A stretch of 64,000 nucleotides of DNA from Felis catus. Its lineage: Eukaryota. Position 1 is the first letter of the stretch. Each line of letters starts with the position of its first letter. The position numbers and the translations under genes are program-made. The notes beneath the pieces are model-generated. The model saw only the letters and a program-made list of their open reading frames with translations, had not been told where the DNA came from and ran no database searches. Below, one piece after another: positions 42,999-56,714 of this stretch. The DNA lies in NCBI RefSeq assembly GCF_018350175.1, contig NC_058368.1:72170001-72234000 (forward strand), in the 5' to 3' direction.

Positions 42999-43378
42999 CC
43001 TTCCCATTTTATAATCTTGTTATAAGGCTGGACATAGACCTTGCTTCCTACTTCAGACAGAAGTCACTTCGTTGGGATTCCTTCAATGTTCGATCCTTGT
43101 GTTACAAATTCACCTGCAAATATTATTATTGGTCCATGTTTCCCTGTGCTTTTAACGACAATCCAATCTTTGTGTGCTGGATATGCAGCAAAATTATGCC
43201 AATTTTTCAGGTGTCAGGCTGGATATCATTTCTTCATGTGCCTCTGTCATTGGTACTCCACAGCATAAAACAGTTACTGCTTCCTGTCTATATTTCTTGC
43301 TAAACTGTAAGCTCCATATTCCACACAGCAATTAGGCAGCATCAAACCACAGTGAAAGTTTAATACAAATGATATTTT

Positions 43379-43600
43379 GGGGGCGCCTGGGTGGCGCAGT
43401 CGGTTAAGCGTCCGACTTCAGCCAGGTCACGATCTCGCGGTCCGTGAGTTCGAGCCCCGCATCAGGCTCTGGGCTGATGGCTCGGAGCCTGGAGCCTGTT
43501 TCTGATTCTGTGTCTCCCTCTCTCTCTGCCCCTCCCCCGTTCATGCTCTGTCTCTCTCTGTCCCAAATAAATAAATAAACGTTGAAAAAAATTTAAAAAA
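43379..43600 (+). mobile_element. CAN-SINE (young subfamily)
   Basis: TSD acaaatgatatttt. Confidence 0.95.
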
Positions 43601-44143
43601 ACAAATGATATTTTGTTACAGGCAACAAACCTCCATGAAGAGGGAAATTCATAAGTGACTCCTTAAATGTTTCTTGATACCCAAACAGATATTACCATTC
43701 AATAGGTATACGCCATCAATTTTTTCTGAAAAGTTTACGTGTGGGGGGGGATTGAATTTGTATTAACAAAATCCATTTTTAAATGTTCTGGGAGAATTCT
43801 GGATATCTTAGAGAACTCAACATATGGCAAATTGATTTTTTACATGGAAAATTCTTTTATAATAAAAATAATCGAATCACTATTTTTCTGCTTTTTAACT
43901 TTACTTTTTCATATACTGGATTTCTTGAAGTGTAGTTCAGGTGTATATAAATACCTCACTTAAAAAGACACATGGATTCTAAAGAGTTATATGTCAATCA
44001 ATTTTTTCCAAAAATAGGTAATCATTCAACTCTGAGATGTATTTTAGAAATAATTTTTCATAATAAAAAAGTAGTCTCTGGACATCATTAAAATGTATTA
44101 AAATATTAACAAAGTTACTCAGTCAATAAGAAGTACTATTACA

Positions 44144-44361
44144 GGGGCAGCTGAGTGGCTTAGTCGGTTAAGTGGCCGACTTCAGCTCAGGTCATGATCT
44201 TGCACTTCGGTGAGTTCGAACCCCGCATGGGGCTTTGTGCTAACAGCTCAGAGCCTGGAGCCTGCTTTGAATTCTGTGTCTTCCTCTCTCTCTGTCCCTC
44301 TCCTGCCTGGGCTCTGTCTCTCTCTCAAAAATAAATAAATATTAAAAAAAGAAAAGAAAAG
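44144..44361 (+). mobile_element. CAN-SINE
   Basis: TSD core agtactatt. Confidence 0.93.
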
Positions 44362-44856
44362 AGTACTATTCCAAAACTCTAGTGTAATATGTAGTGTGCT
44401 AGAAAATGCTTATTTAATCACTAAACCTACCTGCTCCTGGCTTGACATCATTAGTGCAGGTGGGGACTCCTCAGTTTCTACAAAAGTTAGCTGTGTTATC
44501 AGAATTTCCCTCCTGCCCTCGCCTAGGTATTGTTGAGCTGACTTGCTTATTTACAGTCTTCTGAATCTGTGCTTGCTTACACTGAGTAAGGAACAGACTA
44601 ACACAACTTGAGAAAGGGAGTGACAATGAGAGGTGGATATGAAAACAGCAAGTTCCAGAGAGTAAGACGCAGGGCAAAGGGGTTACCTCGGCAATGTGAA
44701 ACTGTGGGCAAGATTACTCGGTCTGAGGGCAACACAAAATGAGCCAGGCAGCATGGTGACCAAAGAAACACTTACGAAGAACACAGTGAATCAGCTTTGG
44801 CCAAAGTCAAGTAATTCACAAATGGCTTTTCCTTTTCAGATTTATAAAAAGTGCTA

Positions 44857-45460
<604 letters not shown>

Positions 45461-45924
45461 TATGTAAAGTCCATTCTGGGACCCACTTCCCCCAGTGGGG
45501 TAGATGATATATGAAAGGAGAGAGTACAGGCCGAAGGCCTTGGGCAGCAAAAAAGGAGAGAAAAGCTGGCCTGTGGAAAGGACCTGAGTGCAAAACAACA
45601 AACCACTAAATCCCATCCCTTGGTGCCAAATGCCAGAGATGAGCACCACCATGTGTTAAGGCCTTGTTGCTTCCTGGCATGTTAGGGACACAGATTCTTA
45701 CATTCAACCCGACTTGAAAAGTCTTTAATCTTTGCAACTAAAAGAACCTAACCAGAGCAGAGCCTGGAGATGGGAAAGGAGAAACAGGACTCAGGACTGC
45801 TTCCTCTGAGTACTGTGAGTCCAGCTGCTGTCTTATGCATCCATATATGTGACCGTACACGGCCTTTGTCACCCTATGCTTGTCTATAAGGACATGGGCT
45901 CCCAGCCAAACTGCACACAGTGGA

Positions 45925-46115
45925 CATTCCACCACTTACAAGTTCTGTTGCCATTGGCAAGTTAGCTAAGCCTCTCTGTGCCTCAGTTTTCTTATTAGTC
46001 AAGTGGAGATAACAGTGGCCAGTACAAAGGTTGTTACCGTTTTAAAGGAGTCAATGTCGGTAAAGTGCTTAGAGCAAGTGCTAGCATATTATAAGTGTTC
46101 CATAAAGACTTGCAA
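45925..46115 (+). mobile_element. MIR
   Basis: Core ttggcaagttagctaagcctctctgtgcctcagttttctt..gtaaagtgcttagagca. Confidence 0.8.
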
Positions 46116-47155
46116 TAAAAATAAATGCAGTTCTGTGAATCAGGCATTTTTCTGTCCAGGAATGGGAAATTAATTGTCCAAAGTCAAAGAATTAACTATG
46201 TTGTGTATTTGACTGAGTCCAGGACCAAGAAAGATAAACAAGAGTGATAGATCTATTAATTTGAGAGATGTCAGAGCCACGGGAAAAGCAGATATTTCAT
46301 AAGGTTTTGTGTCCCCATGACTTTGGAGGCATTCTTACATCCATGTGACTTTGACTTTATCTTATAGGCAATACAAAATCAAATTCCAGAACTGACAACC
46401 AACATATGTAAGTGCACATCAATTTGCTTGCAGGAACTCCTGACCTTCATAACACAGATAAGCAAATCACTTGGCAAGTTTCTATTCTCACCAGTATTTT
46501 TATTGTTATTTTGTTTTTCTTGAATTGTGAGACTTAAATTCCATAACTATTATTCCTTTTCTATACTCTTTTCAACATAATGTTCTATTAAAAACATTTC
46601 GACGGATTTCTACTTTATCCGCATGACAGAAAAGCCACAACTCTCTCTTTCTATTTTCCTTAGCTATGGATTTGTGTCTTAAGTAAACTGTTATTACTGA
46701 AAGATCCAAACAAAGCTTTTAGCCATGGCTGTCAAAAAACTTTTAAATTGGTTTTGTAACTGTCACAGCTTCACTTTGGTGCTGTCATTATAATTAGGTT
46801 GTTTTTTGTCTGAGTGTCTACGTGTCCCTGTTGGTACAGAGTCATTAAAATAATCACTTACAATGGATTTTGATACACTATAATCACCATTGCTTAGCTG
46901 ACTTTCTCCAAAGTAATGACTTTCAAATATTAAATAAGAATTAAGGTGATCTGTATGTGCGGTAGCTAAATCTGAGTATTAGAACCAGCGGCTCTAGCTT
47001 TGAAGTGAGGGCTGGTGACACGGTCCACTTCAGCTCAATTCAATCCAACCAGCGTTTGAAACTGGCTGTCACTTTCCTTAATGCAGAGGCCCGGAAACAT
47101 CACATTTAGACTCAATGCTTATATCTATAGAACACTCCAAATTTATACTCTTCAT

Positions 47156-47358
47156 TTTTTTTTTCTTTTTTTAAAAAATATTTATTTTGGAGAGGGAGAG
47201 CACAAGTGGGGAAGAGGCAGAGAGAGAGGGGACAGAGGATCTGAAGCAGGCTCTGCACTGACAGCAGAGAGCCCGACACAGGGCTTGAACCCACAGACTG
47301 CAAGATCATGACCTGAGCCAAAGTCTGACACTTAACTACTGAGCCACCAAGGCACCCC
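47156..47358 (-). mobile_element. CAN-SINE (older)
   Basis: Reverse SINE body with a T-rich tail. Confidence 0.9.
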
Positions 47359-47779
47359 AATTTTTTATTTTCTTATAAAAATTAACGTAAAGGGAAACGT
47401 TAAAGTTGAGTCAGAGCCACAACATATTATGTAACTTGAGATTTTTCAGAATTATTTAATATGGATATGGGTATATATACATATATAAACACACATATAC
47501 ATGTGTGTATGTTTCTATACATGTATGTATATATTTTTATATATAATAAAAGACTCTTTGGATCCTGCATACACATTCAATTTTTTAAGGTTCTCTTCAA
47601 TTGCAATGTCACCTTGGTTTATATTTTAAAAAAATCATACAGGTTTTCCATATATTCTTAGCTTGGCTTTGATCCAAGAAATACAATTTCTGTATGCAAC
47701 AATTGGAATTACCGAAATACAAGTAAGAGACTATAGCAAAACTGTCCCCAAGGCAGCAGTATCTGGCAGTAACACTCAG

Positions 47780-47940
47780 GAGTCTTACTACCCAGACTGT
47801 GGTCCCTGAACCAGGGGCTTCCTGGGAGCATATTAGAAATGCAGGTTCTCAGGCCCATCGCAGACCTGCTGAATCAGAATCTGCATTTTTAACAAGGTCG
47901 CCAATGATTAATGTGTGTATCGACGTGTGAGAGGTTCTGT
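47780..47940. mobile_element. hAT-Charlie MITE (MER5A-like)
   Basis: String ttagaaatgcaggttctcaggccc..cagacctgctgaatcagaatctgcatttttaacaag. Confidence 0.8.
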
Positions 47941-47983
47941 TGTAGAGGATCTCCTTGAGCAGCAGTTTAAACTGGGTGACCTA

Positions 47984-48913
47984 GGGGAGGTTTGCAAGAT
48001 GGCGGCCTAGGAGGACGCTGGGCTCACCGCACGTCCTGCTGATCACTTAGATTCCACCTACACCTGCCTAAATAACCCAGAAAACCGCCAGAGGATTAGC
48101 AGAACGAAGTCGCTGGAGCCAAACGCAGACGAGAGGCCCATGGAAGAGGGTAGGAAGGGCGGCGAGGCGGTGCGCACTCCACGGACTGGCGGGAGGGAGC
48201 CGGGGCGGAGGGGCGGCTCGCCGGCCAAGCAGAGCCCCCGAGTCTGGCTGGCAAAAGCGGAGGGGCCTGATGGACTGTGTTCCCACAACAAGCGCGACTT
48301 AGTGTCTGGGAGGTCATAAGTGAACAGCTCTGCTCAGAAAGCGGGAAGGCTGGAGGACAAAGGGAGGGAGAGCTGCTAAGCCCCCTGACGACAGAGCTCA
48401 GTTTGGTGGGGAACAAAGGCGCTCGCCAGCGCCATCTCCCTCGCCCATCCCCCAGCCAAAATCCCAAAGAGAACCAGTTCCTGCCAGGGAACTTGCTCGC
48501 TTCCCGCAAACACCCAACTCTGTGCTTCTGCGGAGCCGAACCTCCGGCAGCGGATCTGACTCCCTCCCGCTGCCACAGGGCCCCTCCTGAAGAGGATCAC
48601 CTAAGGAGAAGCGATCTAAGCCTGCCCCTCCTGCCCCTGTGCACCTTGCCTACCCACCCCAGCTAATAGGCCAGATCCCCAGCATCACAAGCCTGGCAGT
48701 GTGCAAGTAGCCCAGACGGGCCACACCACCCCACAGTGAATCCTGCCCCTAGGAGAGGGGAAGAGAAGGCACACGCCAGTCTGACTGTGGCCCCAGCGGT
48801 GGTCTGGGGGCAGACATCAGGTCGGACTGCGGCCCCGCCCACCAACTCCAGTTATACACCACAGCACAGGGGAAGTGCCCTGCAGGTCCTCACCACGCCA
48901 GGGACTATCCAAA
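47984..48913 (+). promoter_or_regulatory. L1 5'UTR internal promoter, CpG-rich, with YY1-type motif CAAGATGGCGG near the 5' end
   Basis: Visibly high GC and CpG density against an AT-rich background; motif at about 47995-48005; lies upstream of ORF1. Confidence 0.8.
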
Positions 48914-49807
48914 ATGACCAAGCGGAAGAATTCCCCTCAGAAGAATCTCCAGGAAATAACAACAGCTAATGAGCTGATCAAAAAGGATTTAAATAATATA
49001 ACAGAAAGTGAATTTAGAATAATAGTCATAAAATTAATCACTGGGCTTGAAAACAGTATACAGGACAGCAGAGAATCTCTTGCTACAGAGATCAAGGGAC
49101 TAAGGAACAGTCACGAGGAGCTGAAAAACGCTTTAAACGAAATGCATAACAAAATGGAAACCACCACAGCTTGGCTTGAAGAGGCAGAGGAGAGAATAGG
49201 TGAACTAGAAGATAAAGTTATGGAAAAAGAGGAAGCTGAGAAAAAGAGAGATAAAAAAATCCAGGAGTATGAGGGGAAAATTAGAGAACTAAGTGATACA
49301 CTAAAAAGAAATAATATACGCATAATTGGTATCCCAGAGGAGGAAGAGAGAGGGAAAGGTGCTGAAGGGGTACTTGAAGAAATAATAGCTGAGAACTTCC
49401 CTGAACTGGGGAAGGAAAAAGGCATTGAAATCCAAGAGGCACAGAGAACTCCCTTCAGACGTAACTTGAATCGATCTTCTGCACGACATATCATAGTGAA
49501 ACTGGCAAAATACAAGGATAAAGAGAAAATTCTGAAAGCAGCAAGGGGTAAACGTGCCCTCACATATAAAGGGAGACCTATAAGACTCGTGACTGATCTC
49601 TCTTTTGAAACTTGGCAGGCCAGAAAGAATTGGCACGAGATTTTCAGGGTGCTAGACAGAAAAAATATGCAGCCAAGAATCCTTTATCCAGCAAGTCTGT
49701 CATTTAGAATAGAAGGAGAGATAAAGGTCTTCCCAAACAAACAAAAACTGAAGGAATTTGTCACCACTAAACCAGCCCTACAAGAGATCCTAAGGGGGAC
49801 CCTGTGA
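48914..49807 (+). CDS. L1 ORF1p (RNA-binding chaperone), uninterrupted, 297 aa from MTKRKNSPQ
   Basis: Coiled-coil region, then RNNIRIIGIPE, ARHIIVKL and RILYPASLSF motifs typical of L1 ORF1p. Confidence 0.93.
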   Translation: MTKRKNSPQKNLQEITTANELIKKDLNNITESEFRIIVIKLITGLENSIQDSRESLATEIKGLRNSHEELKNALNEMHNKMETTTAWLEEAEERIGELEDKVMEKEEAEKKRDKKIQEYEGKIRELSDTLKRNNIRIIGIPEEEERGKGAEGVLEEIIAENFPELGKEKGIEIQEAQRTPFRRNLNRSSARHIIVKLAKYKDKEKILKAARGKRALTYKGRPIRLVTDLSFETWQARKNWHEIFRVLDRKNMQPRILYPASLSFRIEGEIKVFPNKQKLKEFVTTKPALQEILRGTL

Positions 49808-49857
49808 GACAAAGTCCCAGAGACATCACTACAAGCATAAAACATACAGACATCACA

Positions 49858-52800
49858 ATGACTCTAAACCCGTATCTTTCTATAATAACACTGAATGTAA
49901 ATGGATTAAATGCGCCAACCAAAAGACACAGGGTATCAGAATGGATAAAAAAACAAGACCCATCTATTTGCTGTCTACAAGAGACTCATTTTAGACCTGA
50001 GGACACCTTTAGATTGAGAGTGAGGGGATGGAGAACTATTTATCATGCGACTGGAAGCCAAAAGAAAGCTGGAGTAGCCATACTTATATCAGACAAACTA
50101 GACTTTAAATTAAAGGCTGTAACAAGAGATGAAGAAGGACATTATATAATAGTTACAGGGTCTATCCATCAGGAAGGGCTAATAATTATAAATGTCTATG
50201 CGCCGAATACCGGAGCCCCCAAATATATAAAACAATTACTCATAAACATAAGCAACCTTATTGATAAGAATGTGGTAATTGCAGGGGACTTTAACACCCC
50301 ACTTACAGAAATGGACAGATCATCTAGACACACGGTCAATAAAGAAACAAGGGCCCTGAATGAGACATTGGATCAGATGGACTTGACAGATATATTTAGA
50401 ACTCTACATCCCAAAGCAACAGAATATACTTTCTTCTCGAGTGCACATGGAACATTCTCCAAGATAGATCATATACTGGGTCACAAAACAGCCCTTCATA
50501 AGTTTACAAGAATTGAAATTATACCATGCATACTTTCAGACCACAATGCTATGAAGCTTGAAATCAACCACAGAAAAAAGTCTGGAAAACCTCCAAAAGC
50601 ATGGAGGTTAAAGAACACCCTACTAAAGAATGAGTGGGTCAACCAGGCAATTAGAGAAGAAATTAAAAAATATATGGAAACAAACGAAAATGAAAATACA
50701 ACAATCCAAACGCTTTGGGACGCAGCGAAGGCAGTCCTGAGAGGAAAATACATTGCAATCCAGGCCTATCTCAAGAAACAAGAAAAATCCCAAATACGAA
50801 ATCTAACAGCACACCTAAAGGACCTAGAAGCAGAACAGCAAAGGCAGCCTAAACCCAGCAGAAGAAGAGAAATAATAAAGATCAGAGCAAAAATAAACAA
50901 TATAGAATCTAAAAAAACTGTAGAGCAGATCAACGAAACCAAGAGTTGGTTTCTTGAAAAAATAAACAAAATTGACAAACCTCTAGCCAGGCTTCTCAAA
51001 AAGAAAAGGGAGATGACCCAAATAGATAAAATCATGAATGAAAATGGAATTATTACAACCAATCCCTCAGAGATACAAACAATTATCAGGGAATAGTATG
51101 AAAAATTATATGCCAACAAATTGGACAACCTGGAAGAAATGGGCAAATTCCTGAACACCCACACTTTTCCAAAACTCAATCAGGAGGAAATAGAAAGCTT
51201 GAACAGACCCATAACCAGCAAAGAAATTGAATCGGTTATCAAAAATCTCCCAACAAATAAAGAGTCCAGGACCAGATGGCTTCCCAGGGGAGTTCTACCA
51301 GACGTTTAAAGCAGAGATAATACCTATCCTTCTCAAGCTATTCCAAGAAATAGAAAGGGAAGGAAAACTTCCAGACTCATTCTATGAAGCCAGTGTTACT
51401 TTGATTCCTAAACCAGACAGAGACCCAGTAAAAAAAGAGAACTACAGGCCAATATCCCTGATGAATATGGATGCAAAAATTCTCAATAAGATACTAGCAA
51501 ATCGAATTCAATGGCATATAAAAAGAATTATTCACCATGATCAAGTGGGATTCATTCCTGGGATGCAGGGCTGGTTCAACATTCGCAAATCAATCAACGT
51601 GATACATCACATTAACAACAAAAAAAGAGAAGAACCATATGATCCTGTCAATCGATGCAGAAAAGGCCTTTGACAAAATCCAGCACCCTTTCTTAATAAA
51701 AACCCTTGAGAAAGTCGGGATACAAGGAACATACTTAAAGATCATAAAAGCCATTTATGAAAAGCCCACAGCTAACATCATCCTCCACGGGGAAAAACTG
51801 AGAGCTTTTTCCCTGAGATCAGGAACACGACAGAGATGCCCACTCTCACCGCTGTTGTTTAACATAGTGCTGGAAGTTCTAGCATCAGCAATCAGACAAC
51901 AAAAGGAAATCAAAGGCATCCAAATTGGCAAAGATGAAGTCAAGCTTTCGCTTTTTGCAGATGACATGATATTATACATGGAAAATCCGATAGACTCCAC
52001 CAAAAGTCTGCTAGAACTGATACAGGAATTCAGCAAAGTTGCAGGATACAAAATCAATGTACAGAAATCAGTTGCATTCTTATACACTAACAATGAAGCA
52101 ACAGAAAGACAAATAAAGAAACTGATCCCATTCACAATTGCACCAAGAAGCATAAAATACCTAGGAATAAATCTAACCAAAGATGTAAAGGATCTGTATG
52201 CTGAAAACTATAGAAAGCTTATGAAGGAAATTGAAGAAGATTTAAAGAAATGGAAACACATTCCCTGCTCATGGATTGGAAAAATAAATATTGTCAAAAT
52301 GTCAATACTACCCAAAGCGATCTACACATTCAATGCAATCCCAATCAAAATTGCACCAGCATTCTTCTCGAAACTAGAACAAGCAATCCTAAAATTCATA
52401 TGGAACCACAAAAGGCCCCGAATAGCCAAAGGAATTTTGAAGAAGAAGACCAAAGCAGGAGGCATCACAATCCCAGACTTTAGCCTCTACTACAAAGCTG
52501 TCATCATCAAGACAGCATGGTATTGGCACAAAAACAGACACATAGACCAATGGAATAGAATAGAAACCCCAGAACTAGACCCACAAACGTATGGCCAACT
52601 CATCTTTGACAAAGCAGGAAAGAACATCCAATGGAAAAAAGACAGCCTCTTTAACAAATGGTGCTGGGAGAACTGGACAGCAACATGCAGAAGGATGAAA
52701 CTAGACCACTTTCTCACACCATTCACAAAAATAAACTCAAAATGGATAAAGGACCTAAATGTGAGACAGGAAACCATCAAAATCTTAGAGGAGAAAGCAG

Positions 52801-53684
52801 GAAAAGACCTCTCTGACCTCAGCCATAGCAATCTCATACTCGACACATCCCCAAAGGCAAGGGAATTAAAAGCAAAAGTGAATCACTGGGACCTTATGAA
52901 GATAAAAAGCTTCTGCACAGCAAAGGAAACAACCAACAAAACTAAAAGGCAACCAACGGAATGGGAAAAGATATTCACAAATGACATATCGGACAAAGGG
53001 CTAGTATCCAAAATCTATAAAGAGCTCAACAAACTCCACACCCGAAAAACAAATAACCCAGTGAAGAAATGGGCAGAAAACATGAATAGACACTTCTCTA
53101 AAGAAGACATCCGGATGGCCAACAGGCACATGAAAAGATGTTCAGCGACGCTCCTTATCAGGGAAATACAAATCAAAACCACACTCAGGTATCACCTCAC
53201 GCCAGTCAGAGTGGTCAAAATGAACAAATCAGGAGACTATAGATGCTGGAGAGGATGTGGAGAAACGGGAACCCTCTTGCACTGTTGGTGGGAATGCAAA
53301 TTGGTGCAGCCGCTCTGGAAAGCAGTGTGGAGGTTCCTCAGAAAATTAAAAATAGACCTACCCTATGACCCAGCAATAGCACTGCTAGGAATTTATCCAA
53401 GGGATACAGGAGTACTGATGCATAGGGCCACTTGTACCCCAATGTTCATAGCAGCACTCTCAACAATAGCCAAATTATGGAAAGAGCCTAAATGTCCATC
53501 AACTGATGAATGGATAAAGAAATTGTGGTTTATATACACAATGGAATACTACGTGGCAATGAGAAAAAATGAAATATGGCCTTTTGTAGCAACGTGGATG
53601 GAACTGGAGAGTGTGATGCTAAGTGAAATAAGCCATACAGAGAAAGACAGATACCATATGGTTTCACTCTTATGTGGATCCTGA
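49858..53684 (+). pseudogene. L1 ORF2 (APE endonuclease, reverse transcriptase, C-terminal Cys-rich domain), disabled
   Basis: Motifs ITLNVNGLN, CLQETH, GDFN, SDHN, LFADDMI and [18 protein letters not shown] present. Premature TAG at 51094-51096 and two +1 frameshifts in A-runs (about 51260 and 51625). Removing 2 nt gives 1274 codons plus stop. Confidence 0.95.
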
Positions 53685-53904
53685 GAAACTTGACAGGAAC
53701 CCATGGGGGAGGGGAAGGGAAAAAAAAAAAAGAGGTTAGAGTGGGAGAGAGCCAAAGCATAAGAGACTGTTAAAAACTGAGAACAAACTGAGGGTTGATG
53801 GGGGGTGGGAGGGAGGAGAGGGTGGGTGATGGGTATTGAGGAGGGCACCTTTTGGGATGAGCACTGGGTGTTGTATGGAAACCAATTTGTCAATAAATTT
53901 CATA

Positions 53905-53935
<31 letters not shown>

Positions 53936-54289
53936 AAAAATAAAAAAAAAAAGAAAAAGAAAAAAAAAGAAATACAAAGCCAAAAATAAATAAATAAAAA
54001 AAATAAAATGACAAACAAAAAAATAAACTGGGTGACCTATAATTTTTTTTTTTTTTTTTTTTTTTTACAAATTTACAATTTCATGACTCTAAAAAGTCTA
54101 TAATCACTGATTAGAATAGAACACATACTGGCTGGAACATTATGGTAATATGTTAGGATACACCATCACATCCCCCCTCTCCAACCCCAAGATCAAAAAC
54201 CAACTAAACCAGGTTCATGAAGACAAAAGTATGTGTTGACTTTTCAACCATTTGTGGGGAGTGTTATGAAGACACCATCACAGAATCAT

Positions 54290-54500
54290 AAAGTCTAGGA
54301 ATGCAAGTGGTGTCTAGAGTCTGGAAAAGGCAAGAAAGTGCTTTCTTCCTTGTATCTCCAGAAGTAATGCAGCCTTCCTGACACCTTCATTTTAGCCAGC
54401 TGAAACGTACTTTGGAGTTCTGACCTATAGAACTGTAAATAATGTGTTGGTTTAAGTCAATAAATTTGTGGTTATTTGTTACAGCAGAATAGGAATCTAA
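54290..54500. mobile_element. Partial MaLR LTR (MLT1D-like)
   Basis: Strings ctagagtctggaaaaggcaagaaa, ttctgacctatagaactgtaa and atttgttacagcag. Confidence 0.7.
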
Positions 54501-56714
54501 TGCAAATATTGTTCATGACTTTGACATACACCAGTTCAAATTGTCTCCTATGGCATCTGATTGTAGAGAACACCAGTGCTAAAAAATCTACTGCACCAAG
54601 GAGTTGCACCCAAGGAGATATGCCAGTAGGGGTCTCTGTAAAATTCATTACTACAGATTTAAACTCATCATGGCAATCAAAGTTTACGTTTTGTTTGTAA
54701 CGCATTTCAGAAACATGGAATAAGACAATGGGTCTGCAGCAATGATACTGAGTCACGCCTCAAGTGGAAGGACAAGAAAGGTCACTTTAAATTATTAGTT
54801 CTGAGTCCTACCGTGAAAGGAATGTTCTCAAGAGACTGAAGTCTACCTCGAATATGAATAGGGATCCGCACTCAACCAACAAGATGTATTAACAAGGGCT
54901 ACCAGTTGGGTGCTTGGTTAGTGGCAAGTTTTGGTGCAAGCATATCGCACACCTCAATGCACTGCATGTAAAAATTTCATTTAATCCACAACCCTGTGCA
55001 GTAGGTGTTTTGTTATCCCCTTTCACATACAGAGAAAGGATAAGGGAAAGATAAGTAGGCTTCCACATTCCTGGAGGTAGAAGGTAGTCTCAGATGTTTT
55101 GAGCCCAAAGTAGGTGCTCTCTTGCCTTCTAACAGGCAGTCACAATGCCTCCGACGCGGCTCTACATACTCCAGAAGAAAACAGCAGCTCTCCTGCTAAG
55201 TGTTTGTGATTAAATAGAGGGAACAAGTTTGTGAACCTTATATTTGAAAGCTGAAGATGATCTGTTCCTTACAGAAGGGTGTAAGATCGCCAGTGTGGGA
55301 AAAAATGTCGGTTTTGCAGACAGGCTGAGCTGAGTTTGCATCTGGGCTCTGTGCATGAGTAAACCTCTCTGTGACTCAGTTTTCTTACATGAGAAATAGA
55401 TGTCAGAGCACCTACATCTCCAGGTTATAACATGACTATAAGAGAGACTATTTAGTATAGAGTCTAGCCTGAAGCAGGCATCTTGCACTCAGGATTCTTG
55501 TTATTTGTAACTGTATTTGAAAACACTGGAAGGATCTAAAGGTAGAGATACAATTAATCGCTTGTGGTGAAAGTGAGAAGGTACAACATGAGAAATCAAG
55601 TGGGGGAGAGAACTAATCTTCAGAGGAAACATGGATGTGTATAGACTTTCGAAAAGGTCTTATGCTATCCCAGTTTTTGGCCTGACTACTTCATAGGAGC
55701 TATTTCTATTAATTTGTTCAGGAATTTTGCTTATAAAATAGTGCCATAAAGATTCTGAAGACTGTGCAGGCAAACATCCAACAAATCAAAACTGTGGCCT
55801 TTGAGGCCGCAATAAGGATAAATTAGGATAATGAATAGTACAGCTCAGAAATCAAATCTTTCTTTAAATTGCTGCTTGAGAGAATAAAATATACTACCTG
55901 GTAAACACATTTCAGGCACTGAACATTGCATCAGCCATGTACTAAAAACTGTGTTTTAATTAGATTTCAAAGTAAACATATTTGGAGAACAATGCAATTA
56001 CCAGATGAAATTCTCAGAAACCATCCTGCATATGCAGCCATGAGCATACGAACAAGAACATAACGTAAAAGACCGAGTGCATAATACATCTCTCCTGTGC
56101 GTGTGGTACATTTTTTGCTTCCTGTATTTAGAAGACATCTGGATACATGTTACTTCTATCATCAGTATACAAAATAATGCTGTCCGATATAAAGAATTTG
56201 TATTAAAAAAGCAAATATATTTATATCAAGACTGAAAACAGACCCAGCAGATGTCCTTAGAAACTCTGCCTTTCCCATCTGCCTGCCCCTGGCATGTCCC
56301 TGGAGAGCCAGATGATAGAAGCAAATCCACTAGTGACTTCTCTCAAAGGTACTAAACATCTGTGATACCTGTGAATACAGGTCAAGTCCTGACTGGGCTG
56401 CTTTCTTTCCTGGACAGTAAGCTGGGTAAGAGAAGCTCAAATACGGAAGCCAAATTGTGGAAAAAAGGAAGAGTTTAGTTTTCATCTCTTGGCCAACATG
56501 AGTATAGCTTTCCCTCTACTCTGCAAGAGTAAGGTTAGATGTTAAATCACTAATTGCCACACAAATATCTATTACTGTTACTAACATTTTTCAAATGCCA
56601 ACTCCAGGCTGTATAACCCAAACCAGATTTTGATGAGAAGAAATACATGCCCAGTAGAAAAGGAATGCCACTAAGAGGAACTATAATGCTAAGCCAGTGA
56701 CTGAAATTTCTTTT

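Larger units (their letters stand above)
47984..54024 (+). mobile_element. Full-length young LINE-1 (cat L1_Fc-like), about 6.04 kb, antisense to NALCN
   Basis: GC-rich 5'UTR starting ggggaggtttgcaagatggcgg, ORF1, ORF2, G-rich 3'UTR, AATAAA and an A-rich tail. Perfect TSD aaactgggtgaccta at 47969-47983 and 54025-54039; target TTT/AAAC resembles the L1 endonuclease consensus. Confidence 0.97.

Noticed and set aside
48058..48600. Antisense ORFs in the L1 5'UTR as a possible ORF0 analogue
   Set aside because: Mostly non-ATG starts in GC-rich, stop-poor sequence. ORF0 is described as primate-specific and I see no similarity.
49111..52846. Long minus-strand ORFs overlapping L1 ORF1/ORF2
   Set aside because: Shadow frames arising from the A-rich codon bias of L1.
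54043..54066. 24-nt poly-T run just outside the L1 3' TSD, as a possible second insertion
   Set aside because: No TSD or element body identifiable; treated as a mononucleotide run.
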